DNA of 64,000 bases, from the NCBI GenBank assembly GCA_963722075.1, contig CAVRJM010000001.1:672001-736000 (forward strand). The letters run 5' to 3'. Made by a program: the position numbers and the translations under genes. The DNA comes from Candidatus Babeliales bacterium (lineage in GTDB: Bacteria > Babelota > Babeliae > Babelales > JANWKD01). The notes beneath the pieces were generated by a model that saw only the letters and a list, made by a program, of their open reading frames with translations, was not told the DNA's origin and ran no database searches. Positions 10,433 through 20,571 of the stretch are shown here, in pieces (positions within the stretch are counted from its first letter, which is position 1; each line of letters begins with the position of its first letter).

Positions 10433-10663
10433 GAGCCTATCTGAAAACTCGGGGCTGTTGAAAAAATAAATAAAAAAAATAAACCCCGAATTACGCAGGA
10501 TAAAGATTCAATTCGGTGGGTTGTTGAAAGAACATTTTCTTGGATAAATCGATTCAGACGTGTTTCCATTCGTTATGATAAGCTATCTAAAAACTTTCTT
10601 GGATTAGTTCAATTTGCTTGTCTAATCATTGTTTTTAGAAAAATTTAGTTTTCAGACAGGTTC
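10433..10663 (+). mobile_element. internally deleted IS5-family element (MITE-like, 231 bp)
   Basis: TIRs GAGCCTATCTGAAAACT / revcomp GAACCTGTCTGAAAACT (15/17); TTA direct repeat at 10430-10432 and 10664-10666; transposase C-terminus inside. Confidence 0.9.
10502..10648 (+). pseudogene. IS5-family transposase C-terminal fragment
   Basis: manual translation KDSIRWVVERTFSWINRFRRVSIRYDKLSKNFLGLVQFACLIIVFRKI*, the typical IS5 RWVVERTF.W...RR...RY motif. Confidence 0.88.
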
Positions 10664-11847
10664 TTATTGAATAGTTCCACAAAAGCTTGCTTATCTGGAT
10701 CATCTACCGCTTGCTTTTGCGCAAATTCCCTCGGTGTCATAGTTATTCGCTCGCCACCTGACTCTGCAGTATATTCTTCATCAATAGTAGCTCCTTTTTC
10801 AATTAAAAAACGGGCTAAGTCAAGGTGATTTGTAGCAATAGCAAATACCAAAAATGGGTCATTAAACCCTTTATAAAAACCGTAAGGACCGGTCACACAT
10901 GAATTTGGACTTAAGCCCGCATTTACAAGCTGTTTAATAGCATCGGCATAAAATTCGCTCCGATACATATCATCTCCTAAATTATATCCTGGAACAAAAA
11001 AGATATGATGACACTGCAAATCATTTTTACCGTTCACACCCTTATTTAACAAATATATTACGCTATCAATGTTTGAACAAATAAGTGTTTTTGATAAAAA
11101 AGTTTCTGCTTTTTCGTTTTCATAAGATATAACATGATTAATGTCTAAACCATTTTGTAATAATAATTTTAGTGATTGTTGCCATGAGTTATTCAAACCT
11201 CTAAGCTTCTTTTCTTGGCTACCATTATCTCTAGGTCTTTCCTCAATAAATATTAAAAGCTTTTTAATTAAAAACTGAAACTCCGGTAATAACGTCGTCG
11301 TTGCTTTTGATTTTTGGTCGCGCATTGTTTTTTGTAAATCAGGTAGTGTGTTATTTTGTAAAGAAGCCAATAGTTGTTTTAATAAATTGCTCATTGTGCA
11401 TACATCAATAACACATCGATAATGAGCTCTACAGGAACGTGCAAAATTGGTTAAAGAAGTCATAGAATCAAATAACTTATTGCCTGTAGCAGTTTGTAAT
11501 AAAATCATCATAACTATTTCAGAAGGAAATATACCATCTCCTATGCACTGCTCTTTTTCGTGTTGATCTAATATGATTTTACTTTTACCGGACAATGTGT
11601 TGTTCGCTAAAGTCACCCCTAAAACAATCATATTTTCCGAATTATTTAGGCGTAGAGCTGGATTTACTTGTGGATCCCATCGCCACCGATGTGGTAACGA
11701 AAATTCTTTTTGTGGCTTGAAGGTAAGGAGTTTTTCGAATTTCTCCCGTAAAAACTTAGGAGTTTCCCATAACCACATTGAAGCACTATACTGGAATGAA
11801 CCAGTAGTGATTGCAACAAATAAAATAAATATATACTTATTCACCAT
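10645..11847 (-). CDS. secreted F-box-like/ankyrin-repeat protein; last codons supplied by IS end
   Basis: paralog of 11906-13183; FPSEIVMMILL; LLQNGLDIN, FLIEKGA; stop lies at the IS right TIR. Confidence 0.85.
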   Translation of the reverse strand: MVNKYIFILFVAITTGSFQYSASMWLWETPKFLREKFEKLLTFKPQKEFSLPHRWRWDPQVNPALRLNNSENMIVLGVTLANNTLSGKSKIILDQHEKEQCIGDGIFPSEIVMMILLQTATGNKLFDSMTSLTNFARSCRAHYRCVIDVCTMSNLLKQLLASLQNNTLPDLQKTMRDQKSKATTTLLPEFQFLIKKLLIFIEERPRDNGSQEKKLRGLNNSWQQSLKLLLQNGLDINHVISYENEKAETFLSKTLICSNIDSVIYLLNKGVNGKNDLQCHHIFFVPGYNLGDDMYRSEFYADAIKQLVNAGLSPNSCVTGPYGFYKGFNDPFLVFAIATNHLDLARFLIEKGATIDEEYTAESGGERITMTPREFAQKQAVDDPDKQAFVELFNKNLSEN

Positions 11848-11905
11848 TTTTCCCTATTTAATTACCATAATAAAATATGATGCGTACTATATTGAAGCTT
11901 ATAAA

Positions 11906-13183
11906 TCACTCTTCATTAATCTTATAATGATCAAACAAATCAATAAAAGCTTGTTTAGCAGGATCATTTTCAACTTCATTTTGAGCAAATTGCCTCGGCG
12001 TCATATTTTCTATGACTCGTGCATCCTCAGCAGTATATTTTTGATCAATATTAGCCCCGTTTTCAATTAAAAAACGCGCTAAGCTTAAGCTATCTATCGC
12101 TATAGCAAATGCAAGAAATGGTTCTTTAAGATTTTTTTGGATACCAAAACCCCCTGTCACTAATGCATTCGGGCTTAATCCGGCATTTACTAACTTCTTA
12201 ATAGCATCTTCATAAAATTCACCTCGATTGCCCGCAAGACCATTTCCTGGCTGATATCCTGGAACATAAAATGTATAATAATCCTGCAAATCAACTTTAT
12301 GATTTAATAGAAGTAAGGCTCCTTCAACATTTGATAGAAGAAGCGCTTTTGATAATAAAGTTTGCGCTTCATTACGTTCGTCGTAATATAAAACGTGATT
12401 AATACTTAATCCATTCGGTAAGAGTAATTCTAATGACTCTTGCCATGATTTATTCAAAATTCTAAGATTCTTTTCTTCGCTACCTATCTTACCTTTATTT
12501 TCAGGTCTTCCATTTATAAGTGTTAAAAGCTTTTCAATTAAAAATTTAAATTCAGGTAATAATGGCGGTTTTTCATTAACAACTATTTTTTCTTTTAAAT
12601 CAACTAACGCACATTCTTTCATAGAACCTAATAAACGCTTTAATAGATGACTCATCGTGCTTTCATCAATAATAAATCGATAATAGGCCCTACCAGCTCG
12701 TGCTAAACTGGTTAAAGAACTCATAGAATCAAATAATTCATTGCCCTTAGCAGCCTGAAGTAAAATCATCATAACTATTTCCGCGGGGATTACATCATTT
12801 CCTACTGGCTGCTCATTTTCTTTAATAGCTAATTGAATACTGCTTCTATTACACAGCAAATTAAATTTTGCATCAGAATTTGGTGCTTGTTCATAATTAG
12901 AATCTAATTCTTGTTTAGTTTTTTCTTCACGCAGTTTCTTAGCTGAAGCTACCCCCAAAGCAACCATATTTTCCGGATTATTTAATTGTAGAGTTGGATT
13001 TACTTGTGAATCCCATCGCCACCTATGTAGTATTTGAACTTCGTTATCTACTTCACGACTGGTAAATAATTTTTCGAATTTCTCCCGTAAAAACTTGGGT
13101 GTTTCCCATAACGAAATTGGAGAAGTATGCTGTATTGCATTGATAGCAAAAAATATGCTTAAAATAAAAATAATTCTATTCAT
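11906..13183 (-). CDS. secreted F-box-like/ankyrin-repeat protein
   Basis: signal peptide; IPAEIVMMILL; FLIENGANID, TPRQFA. Confidence 0.85.
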   Translation of the reverse strand: MNRIIFILSIFFAINAIQHTSPISLWETPKFLREKFEKLFTSREVDNEVQILHRWRWDSQVNPTLQLNNPENMVALGVASAKKLREEKTKQELDSNYEQAPNSDAKFNLLCNRSSIQLAIKENEQPVGNDVIPAEIVMMILLQAAKGNELFDSMSSLTSLARAGRAYYRFIIDESTMSHLLKRLLGSMKECALVDLKEKIVVNEKPPLLPEFKFLIEKLLTLINGRPENKGKIGSEEKNLRILNKSWQESLELLLPNGLSINHVLYYDERNEAQTLLSKALLLSNVEGALLLLNHKVDLQDYYTFYVPGYQPGNGLAGNRGEFYEDAIKKLVNAGLSPNALVTGGFGIQKNLKEPFLAFAIAIDSLSLARFLIENGANIDQKYTAEDARVIENMTPRQFAQNEVENDPAKQAFIDLFDHYKINEE

Positions 13184-13309
13184 GTGCTTTTCTCTTTAAA
13201 ATATTAATAACTGTAATTAATCTATTGAGGATAATAATACCATATTTTCAAATAAGTTCAAAAGGCGGGGCTTTTTGGTCCCAAAAATAGTTGAAAATAG
13301 TAAATTTAG

Positions 13310-14698
13310 CTATTTTATAAGTTTCTGTACTAATTTATTTATTTTACCGGCACCCTGCAAAAGCACCAAATCATCAGGCACAATATGGGCATCGAGCTCT
13401 TTTTTTATATGATAAAATTCATTGTCAAAGGGAACATATTCAACGCTAAAAGAAGGCTGTAGTTTCTTTAATTCTTGCACAAAACGCTGTGCCGTAATAG
13501 TAGGTATGGGTTGTTCGCTGGCCGCATAGATATCAGTTACGATCAAATTATCGATTGGAAGCTCTCTAAATGTTTCTAAAAATAACTGCCATAATTTATC
13601 AGTACGTGTATAGCGATGCGGTTCAAATATGAGCGTTAGTTTATTTTTTTTACGTTTTGCTGCTACCATAACTGTGTTCTTAATTTCTTCCGGATGATGC
13701 CCATAATCATCAAACAACTCAGCACCTTTATATAAACCATTATAGCTAAAGCGCCGCTCAACGCCTTTAAAGGTAGTAAGCCCTTCTTGAATTTGCGCAA
13801 ATGGAATTTTTAATTCACGTGCTACGGCAATTGCAGCCAGTGCATTAAGTACATTATGGCGCCCGGGCATATTAATTTTGATAACTCCCAATTGCTCCTG
13901 CTTATAATACACCGTAAAAATAGAATGATCAGGATATAATGCTACATCATCAGCATAAATATCTGCCCATGATTCTAAACCATATTTAATGGTTTTTATA
14001 TGCGGCAGGGGCAATAACGAACGCACCTGTTCATTATCGATGCATACGATTGCAGTACCATAAAAAGGTAGATTTTCTAAAAATTGTTTAAAAGTATTTT
14101 TAATATCCTCAATATCGTGATATGTATCTAGATGTTCTAAATTAATATTAGTAACAATGGCGATTGTAGCTTGCAAATGAGTTAATGATCGATCACTTTC
14201 ATCAGCTTCTGCTACTAAAAAATCCCCTGCACCATACTGTGCATTGGTAGAGATTGTTTTAAGCCGCCCACCTATTATTACCGTAGGATCTTTTTTAGCT
14301 TCAATCAATATATGAGAAATGAATGAAGTAGTTGTGGTTTTGCCATGGCTTCCGGCAATAGCAATGCTGTATTTCGTGCGCATTAATTCTGCTAGCATTA
14401 AGGCGCGTGAAATAGTTGGTATATTGCGCTGCTGCGCAGCAATAATTTCAGCATTAGTTGCTTGAATGGCAGAAGAATATACTAATATATCAATAGCTGC
14501 TGATTTGCAATACACACTATTATTACCCTCAACAATAGTGCATCCTAATTTTTCTAACTCCTTAACACTTTGCTGATCAATATCTGCATCACACCCCGAA
14601 ATGGTATATCCTTGATAGCGTAATATTTTTGCAATACCACTCATGCCAATACCACCAATGCCCACAAAATGAATATGAATTTCTTTTCTATACATCAA
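13310..14698 (-). CDS. murC: UDP-N-acetylmuramate--L-alanine ligase
   Basis: HFVGIGGIGMSG, AGSHGKTTT, AEADESD, GVERRF, DDYGHHP. Confidence 0.97.
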   Translation of the reverse strand: MMYRKEIHIHFVGIGGIGMSGIAKILRYQGYTISGCDADIDQQSVKELEKLGCTIVEGNNSVYCKSAAIDILVYSSAIQATNAEIIAAQQRNIPTISRALMLAELMRTKYSIAIAGSHGKTTTTSFISHILIEAKKDPTVIIGGRLKTISTNAQYGAGDFLVAEADESDRSLTHLQATIAIVTNINLEHLDTYHDIEDIKNTFKQFLENLPFYGTAIVCIDNEQVRSLLPLPHIKTIKYGLESWADIYADDVALYPDHSIFTVYYKQEQLGVIKINMPGRHNVLNALAAIAVARELKIPFAQIQEGLTTFKGVERRFSYNGLYKGAELFDDYGHHPEEIKNTVMVAAKRKKNKLTLIFEPHRYTRTDKLWQLFLETFRELPIDNLIVTDIYAASEQPIPTITAQRFVQELKKLQPSFSVEYVPFDNEFYHIKKELDAHIVPDDLVLLQGAGKINKLVQKLIK

Positions 14699-14770
14699 AA
14701 TTTCCTAAATTCTTGTTACTTATTATTGTATTAAAAATAGCAAAAAATTAGGATTAGAGAAAAAGTTAAT

Positions 14771-17686
14771 CTAAGATTTATCTATAATTTCTTTATAGTG
14801 TTTAAAATTGTTATGCAGGGTATTCACATCCGATGCTTGCACCTTCCATGGGATAGGCACATTTAATGCTTTTGGTTTAAGACTTGCTTCTAGTTTCCAC
14901 GCTTTATTATTATATTCAAATTCTATTGTCACCATTAATTCTTTTGGTAAAGCATGTATCGAAAGGATTACATTTTCTATTTCAAATTGATTTACATTTG
15001 AAGGTAATAATTTTTCTAAATCAGAAAACCTCAATTCGTTATTATAAAGACGATTCAACTCTAAAATATAGGAAAGATCATTAAGGCCAATCCCATTTTT
15101 TATAATAAAAATTTCTTTAGTTAAAACCGTGGTGCGATTAGTAATGAATTGCTTTAAAAATTGAATAATATTACTAAATAAAAATCCTGTTGGATCATCA
15201 ATTGTTAATTCATGAAATATTCTTGCTTCTTTAATAATTGAAACAGTTGGTTTTTTAGGTAGCTTCAAATTGATCGTCTTATACATTAATTGATTCAAAA
15301 CAAAAACTAAAATACTTTCTGTATCGGCATGCTTCTTTTCTAACTCTTTATATAGTTTATCTGATTCAACTGGATCAATGAAAAGAAATTCTGCTGCATC
15401 TAAAGCAACATTTTCTAATTTATTTAAAACAAACTGCGCCATATTAAAATAATAACCTGTTTTTAAAGAGAGTATTCCCTTTAATAAATAACTTTGTGAC
15501 ATATATATTTCTCTATAGGTTGCTGCCCATGAAGACACGTCTACCGCTGGAATACCCTTAGCAAGTAATCGTTCAGATATATGTTTTATTTTTAATTCCA
15601 AAGCATTATTCAGTAACTTATAAAATTCAAATTTGCTCTCATTACTTTTTAACAGCTCTAAAGAATTTATAAAGGTTGAAAGAAGCGGAAAATAATCTTT
15701 ATTATCTTTTATAAAGATCCATTCTTTAGGTTTCAAATTTAAAATAGTGTCATAATTTATTAGTAAATATGGTTGAAATTTTTGTGCATAAAAATATTTT
15801 TTTGTTGGTGCTAATTCTTGCTGATAGTGTCTTTGAGATAATTTTTCTAATAACTGAGTAAATTGTTGTTTATGGGTGCTAACCTCTTTAGATTTAAAAT
15901 ACCACGCATATGGTTCTGCATTTAACGATTCTTTTGATACATTAAATTGCCAAGCACTATTTTTATATTTAAAACTTAGTCTTATTTTATATCCTAACTG
16001 CTTATTTCCTTTTGTTTTAATAATAACTTTTTTTAATTTTATCTGTTCGCTTTGTAATGCTTGTTCTAATTCGTGTGGTATTTCAATACTTTTTTGTATT
16101 CGTTGTTTTTCAATAATATTTCTAATATCATTGAAACCTTCTAAGTTATTTATAAGCACCTTTTTTTTACTAACTCTTCCGGCGATATTAAAAAATGCAT
16201 CACGAATAAAATGTAAAACGCCACTTTCGGTTTTTTCAGTCGCTAGAGAACTTTTATGGACAATCACTTTTTGTAGTTGCTGTATGGTATTACCATGAAC
16301 CATGGAAATAAATTGTGGATATAAATAGTTGTAGATTGGTTTAATTGATAGATCAGACCATTCAAATTTCTCTTCAGATAGTAAGGATAAATTTTGTGGA
16401 TAAACGTGTAAAGGAACTGTGATTTGTAATGGGTACATAAGAATTGCCATCGCATCTTTTACAATTATTGGTTTTTTTGATAATTCATGGGTCCTTTTTT
16501 TAACTAATCCAATCGAGATTACGTAATTATTAAGAGCAACAGTTTGAAACCCAATCCCACCTGGTAACCACACTTGCGGTAAATTTGATATATATTCTGG
16601 TTCTTTAATTATTAAATCAGTTACCAATTTATTAAGCGAATCAGATTTATTGATAAGGTTTTTGGCATTGTTAAAATAATTACCTAAATAACCTGACAAT
16701 CTCATCCTTTGTGTATACAGAAGCTTAGTTGGAGAATCATCAATGGATTCTACCACCAAAATATAATTAAATGACCGACTAATACCACTTTTTCTCCATT
16801 GCACTAAATCTAAATTATTCCCTCCAATACTACATGTTGATAAGTTAACAACATTAGTAATAATCATATCATTAAAAAATTGTAATAATTTATTTAACTG
16901 AGCTGGTAATAGCCCCGCGATTTCCAAAGCTCTCATATCAGCTGAACCATGCCCATTGATATAGATATCCCATATTGTTGAGGGGCTTTCTTTCTTTTGC
17001 TTAAAAAGTGATATAATTGAAGGTAATACATTGATACCTTGATAGCGATCTATTTGATCAATTACCATTTCTAAATTCTGTTCTGTTGTTAATGGCAGAA
17101 TATACGTTATCTCTTCCAAAACAGCTCTATTAAAATTATGTAAAGGATAATTAGCGGGCACTAAAAAAAACATTGCTTGATCTGGGTTCAGTACATAAAG
17201 TTTCCAATCAGTACTTGTTAGGTTAACTGAAGATAAAAATTGATGCTCTTGTTCCCAAGATTGTTCATAGGGTTTTAACGAAGTAAGAGTTTCTTCGATA
17301 ATTTCTTTTACCCCAGGATATGATTCCATTCCTGCTAAACTTTTTTTAATTTCTTCAATGGTCTTTAAAGCATCCTGATATAAAGCAAAGTTTTTAAAAT
17401 AACTGCCAATAGATACTATTGTTTGCTTTCTTCTTAAAAAATTAAGCAAAATCGATTTACTTACTAAAATAGGAAATGAATTACTTTGTAACCCGGCAAT
17501 AAAATTTGCCGTAATTGACCTTACTACAATATCTTTCTCAGATTCACTATTAAATTGATCAATAAGAATTAACAATGGCTCATGATGTTTTTCAGTTGTT
17601 TGCTTTATTTCAGATGTAGGTTTTTCCATACCAACTAGAGAAAAACTCGATACTATCAAAAAGCTAAAAATATAGAAAAATCTCAT
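14771..17686 (-). CDS. large secreted protein with putative clan CD cysteine protease domain; paralog of 762-3440
   Basis: signal peptide ending LVG-ME; WDIYINGHG...LSTC; ISNLPQVWLPGGIGFQT shared with paralog. Confidence 0.75.
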   Translation of the reverse strand: MRFFYIFSFLIVSSFSLVGMEKPTSEIKQTTEKHHEPLLILIDQFNSESEKDIVVRSITANFIAGLQSNSFPILVSKSILLNFLRRKQTIVSIGSYFKNFALYQDALKTIEEIKKSLAGMESYPGVKEIIEETLTSLKPYEQSWEQEHQFLSSVNLTSTDWKLYVLNPDQAMFFLVPANYPLHNFNRAVLEEITYILPLTTEQNLEMVIDQIDRYQGINVLPSIISLFKQKKESPSTIWDIYINGHGSADMRALEIAGLLPAQLNKLLQFFNDMIITNVVNLSTCSIGGNNLDLVQWRKSGISRSFNYILVVESIDDSPTKLLYTQRMRLSGYLGNYFNNAKNLINKSDSLNKLVTDLIIKEPEYISNLPQVWLPGGIGFQTVALNNYVISIGLVKKRTHELSKKPIIVKDAMAILMYPLQITVPLHVYPQNLSLLSEEKFEWSDLSIKPIYNYLYPQFISMVHGNTIQQLQKVIVHKSSLATEKTESGVLHFIRDAFFNIAGRVSKKKVLINNLEGFNDIRNIIEKQRIQKSIEIPHELEQALQSEQIKLKKVIIKTKGNKQLGYKIRLSFKYKNSAWQFNVSKESLNAEPYAWYFKSKEVSTHKQQFTQLLEKLSQRHYQQELAPTKKYFYAQKFQPYLLINYDTILNLKPKEWIFIKDNKDYFPLLSTFINSLELLKSNESKFEFYKLLNNALELKIKHISERLLAKGIPAVDVSSWAATYREIYMSQSYLLKGILSLKTGYYFNMAQFVLNKLENVALDAAEFLFIDPVESDKLYKELEKKHADTESILVFVLNQLMYKTINLKLPKKPTVSIIKEARIFHELTIDDPTGFLFSNIIQFLKQFITNRTTVLTKEIFIIKNGIGLNDLSYILELNRLYNNELRFSDLEKLLPSNVNQFEIENVILSIHALPKELMVTIEFEYNNKAWKLEASLKPKALNVPIPWKVQASDVNTLHNNFKHYKEIIDKS

Positions 17687-17782
17687 TACATTTCTTTCAA
17701 TATTAAAATATGTTATTTCTAATATACATTAATATTGTATGATTTTTCTATATTTTTATCGTTCATGGTTGTACCGTATACG

Positions 17783-18154
17783 TTATGCAAGCAATTGGCT
17801 CAATTTAATAAGGCATTGTCGAAGCGTTTTTAGCTGATCAAAAAATGCTCCTTTTTGCTCATCAAGTAAAGGAACTACTTCTTTATCCATAGTAGTTTTT
17901 TGCGCTGCTACGGTATATGATTTTTCCGTTTTTAACGCTTCTTTGGCCCCTGCAATAGTAAATTTTTTTTCATACAATAACTCTTTAATTTTTGTAAAGG
18001 TTACTAAATGCCTCTCATCATAAAAACGCTGCCCGCCTTCCGAACGAGATGCTTTAATATTAAATTCCTTTTCCCAAAAGCGAATAACAAAAGACTCTAC
18101 ACTTAAATTATGCGCTAATTCGCCAATTCTAAACCGTTGTTTGGCAATTTTCAT
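17783..18154 (-). CDS. MerR-family transcriptional regulator
   Basis: FRIGELA...VIRFWEKEF...RSEGGQRFY...FTIAGAK; AGGAG before ATG 18154. Confidence 0.88.
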   Translation of the reverse strand: MKIAKQRFRIGELAHNLSVESFVIRFWEKEFNIKASRSEGGQRFYDERHLVTFTKIKELLYEKKFTIAGAKEALKTEKSYTVAAQKTTMDKEVVPLLDEQKGAFFDQLKTLRQCLIKLSQLLA

Positions 18155-18276
18155 AATAACTCCTTTTGTAATTATGTACTCCTTAATAACGTAATTTCCT
18201 TCTAGCCCAAAAAGCAATTCTTTGCTATCTTGATTGAGTTATTTAAAAATATAAAAATCGAATAAAAGGTCATTTC

Positions 18277-19830
18277 ATGAGTTTTAGAGAGCTGCTGGTT
18301 CCTTTATCCCTTGCATTAATTACTACCTGGGCATTTCAATATTTCTTTAATGCACGCAAACCCAATCCCGAACAACAAACTACCATAGAGTCAGGGCAAC
18401 ATTTTTCTGCCCCCACCACTACGCAAGTAGAAGTCCATAAACCGCTTAATCTTGAAGTGGATCTTTTTGATAAAACAGCAAAAAAACCAGTACTCACCAA
18501 GATTGAAACCCCTGAAGCGCATTATCTATTTTCAACGGAAGGCGCTTCATTAGAGCATATTGAATTCAAACGTAAATGGGGTGGAAAAGAAGGTTATTTA
18601 AGTACGGTATTTGCGCCATCGGTTATTGATCGGGAACGACGCTGCTTTTTAGTGGTATTTAATGAACCAACGCCCTTTTCCTTTGATTTACTAAACAAAA
18701 AAGAAGATGACGAGCATATATATGTAGAATATGGCGCTTCTTTTGAACAAGGAACAATCCGAAAAGAATTTGTTATTTTTAAAAAACAATATCGCATTGA
18801 TCTTACTCTATCAATCGAACCGGTATCTAATAAATCATTGCAACCGCGCATTTTCTTCCCTTCCCCCTTTATCCCTGAACTTGGTAAAGATGATTGGATA
18901 AAAGGGATTGTTAATGAAGGAAATTCCGTTCATATATATGATAAAAATGATGAAACATTAAACGGCTATTGGTCAAAACCAACGCTTTTTGGTACTCAAG
19001 ATCGCTATTTTATTCATGCATTGGTAAATGACAAGGATGATTTTACCCAACGTGGTTACTTTAAGATTGTTGATTTAGAACATATGTATTCTATAGTAGA
19101 AGGCCCTGAAATAACAGCGCCTACCAGCTGGCAACTTTCATTTTATTTTGGTCCTAAAGAGCAACATGCTATTAAAGAGGTTGATGAGCGGTTGATTGCC
19201 GTGCTCAATTATGGTTGGCTATCTGCCATTTCACGTCCGGTTTCTAAAATACTCTTAGATATATTGAATTACCTCTATGACTACGTACATAATTATGGCG
19301 TTGCCATTATTATCCTAACGATTTTAATGAAACTTATTATGGTACCCTTCACCTTTAATAGTGAACGCTCAATGAAAAAGCGCCTTGAGTTTCAAAAGAG
19401 GTTACAACATTTACAAGACAAATATAAAAATGATAAAGAAACACTGGCTGCTGCTCGTGCTGACCTTATACGGAAACATGGCATGCCCGGACTGGGGGGT
19501 TGTTTACCGCTGTTAATGCAAATTCCACTCTTTATTGCGTTAAGTTGGGTATTAGGAAATTCTATTGAACTCTACAAAGCACCTTTTTTATGGATTAATG
19601 ATCTTTCTGCTGCCGATCCTTATTATATATTGCCAATCTTAGTAGGCATAAGCATGCTATTTCATAATCCAACCCAAACAATTGACCCAAAACAAAAAGT
19701 ATCTGTATTTGCAATGGCACTTATTTTTGCCGCATTTACCGCAAATTTATCAGCAGGATTAGTACTGTATATTCTAACCAGCACGCTTCTTGGTATTTTA
19801 CAAAGTACTATCGCTAGGCGTTTTTCATGA
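18277..19830 (+). CDS. yidC: membrane protein insertase YidC
   Basis: YFGPK, NYGW, NYGVAIIILT, GGCLPLLMQIP, WINDLSAADPYYILP. Confidence 0.95.
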   Translation: MSFRELLVPLSLALITTWAFQYFFNARKPNPEQQTTIESGQHFSAPTTTQVEVHKPLNLEVDLFDKTAKKPVLTKIETPEAHYLFSTEGASLEHIEFKRKWGGKEGYLSTVFAPSVIDRERRCFLVVFNEPTPFSFDLLNKKEDDEHIYVEYGASFEQGTIRKEFVIFKKQYRIDLTLSIEPVSNKSLQPRIFFPSPFIPELGKDDWIKGIVNEGNSVHIYDKNDETLNGYWSKPTLFGTQDRYFIHALVNDKDDFTQRGYFKIVDLEHMYSIVEGPEITAPTSWQLSFYFGPKEQHAIKEVDERLIAVLNYGWLSAISRPVSKILLDILNYLYDYVHNYGVAIIILTILMKLIMVPFTFNSERSMKKRLEFQKRLQHLQDKYKNDKETLAAARADLIRKHGMPGLGGCLPLLMQIPLFIALSWVLGNSIELYKAPFLWINDLSAADPYYILPILVGISMLFHNPTQTIDPKQKVSVFAMALIFAAFTANLSAGLVLYILTSTLLGILQSTIARRFS

Positions 19831-20426
19831 TTGATAAACTACCTACCTTGGTACAATTAATTCGCCAGTTACAGCAAATGCCCTACCTTGCATCTAAAAA
19901 TATTTATCGCGTTGCTGACTTTTTATTAGCGCTTGAACCGCAACGCGCACAGCAACTGTGTCAAGCTATTTTAGATGCAAAAAGCAATATCATTAAATGT
20001 GAACAGTGCTGCACGTGGAAAGAGAAAAATCAGCCTTGTATGTTTTGTGCTTCCCCTAAACGGGATGCCTCAATTATTTGTGTCGTGGAAACATGGCAAG
20101 AGTTAATGAGCATAGAAAAAACAGGCGGCTATCAAGGCATGTATCATGTACTTGGCGGCGCTATCAGCCCCTTGGACGGTATTGGCCCTGAGCAATTGAG
20201 TATCGATGTATTGATTAGCCGCATAACAGAAAATACCAAAGAAATTATCTTAGCTACCAATCAAACGCCCGAAGGTGAAGCTACTGCAGCGTATATTGCA
20301 AATCGGCTAAAAAGATTCTCAGTCTCAATCTCTTGCTTAGCGCGCGGTATCCCGGTGGGTTCATCACTAGAATTTATGGATAAATTAACAGTTTATAAGG
20401 CCTTATCAGAGCGGCGACCGTTTTAA
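19827..20426 (+). CDS. recR: recombination mediator RecR
   Basis: C4 zinc finger, ICVVE, YHVLGGAISPLDGIGP, EIILATN..PEGEATA, ARGIPVG. Confidence 0.97.
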   Translation: MIDKLPTLVQLIRQLQQMPYLASKNIYRVADFLLALEPQRAQQLCQAILDAKSNIIKCEQCCTWKEKNQPCMFCASPKRDASIICVVETWQELMSIEKTGGYQGMYHVLGGAISPLDGIGPEQLSIDVLISRITENTKEIILATNQTPEGEATAAYIANRLKRFSVSISCLARGIPVGSSLEFMDKLTVYKALSERRPF

Positions 20427-20480
20427 ACTAGCATCTCATCAAGAAAAATCATTTGCATATTATAAGGCAAAATTTAATAA

Positions 20481-20561
20481 CTGGATTCTTTCGCTAATGC
20501 TCAGAATGACAAATGTACCTCTGAATGTCATCCTGAGGAACGAAGTGACGTGAGGATCCAG
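20481..20561. repeat. inverted REP doublet (20481-20510, 20527-20561)
   Basis: CTGGATTCT...AGAATGAC and GTCATCCTGAG...AGGATCCAG between convergent genes. Confidence 0.85.
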
Positions 20562-20571
20562 GCACATTTCA

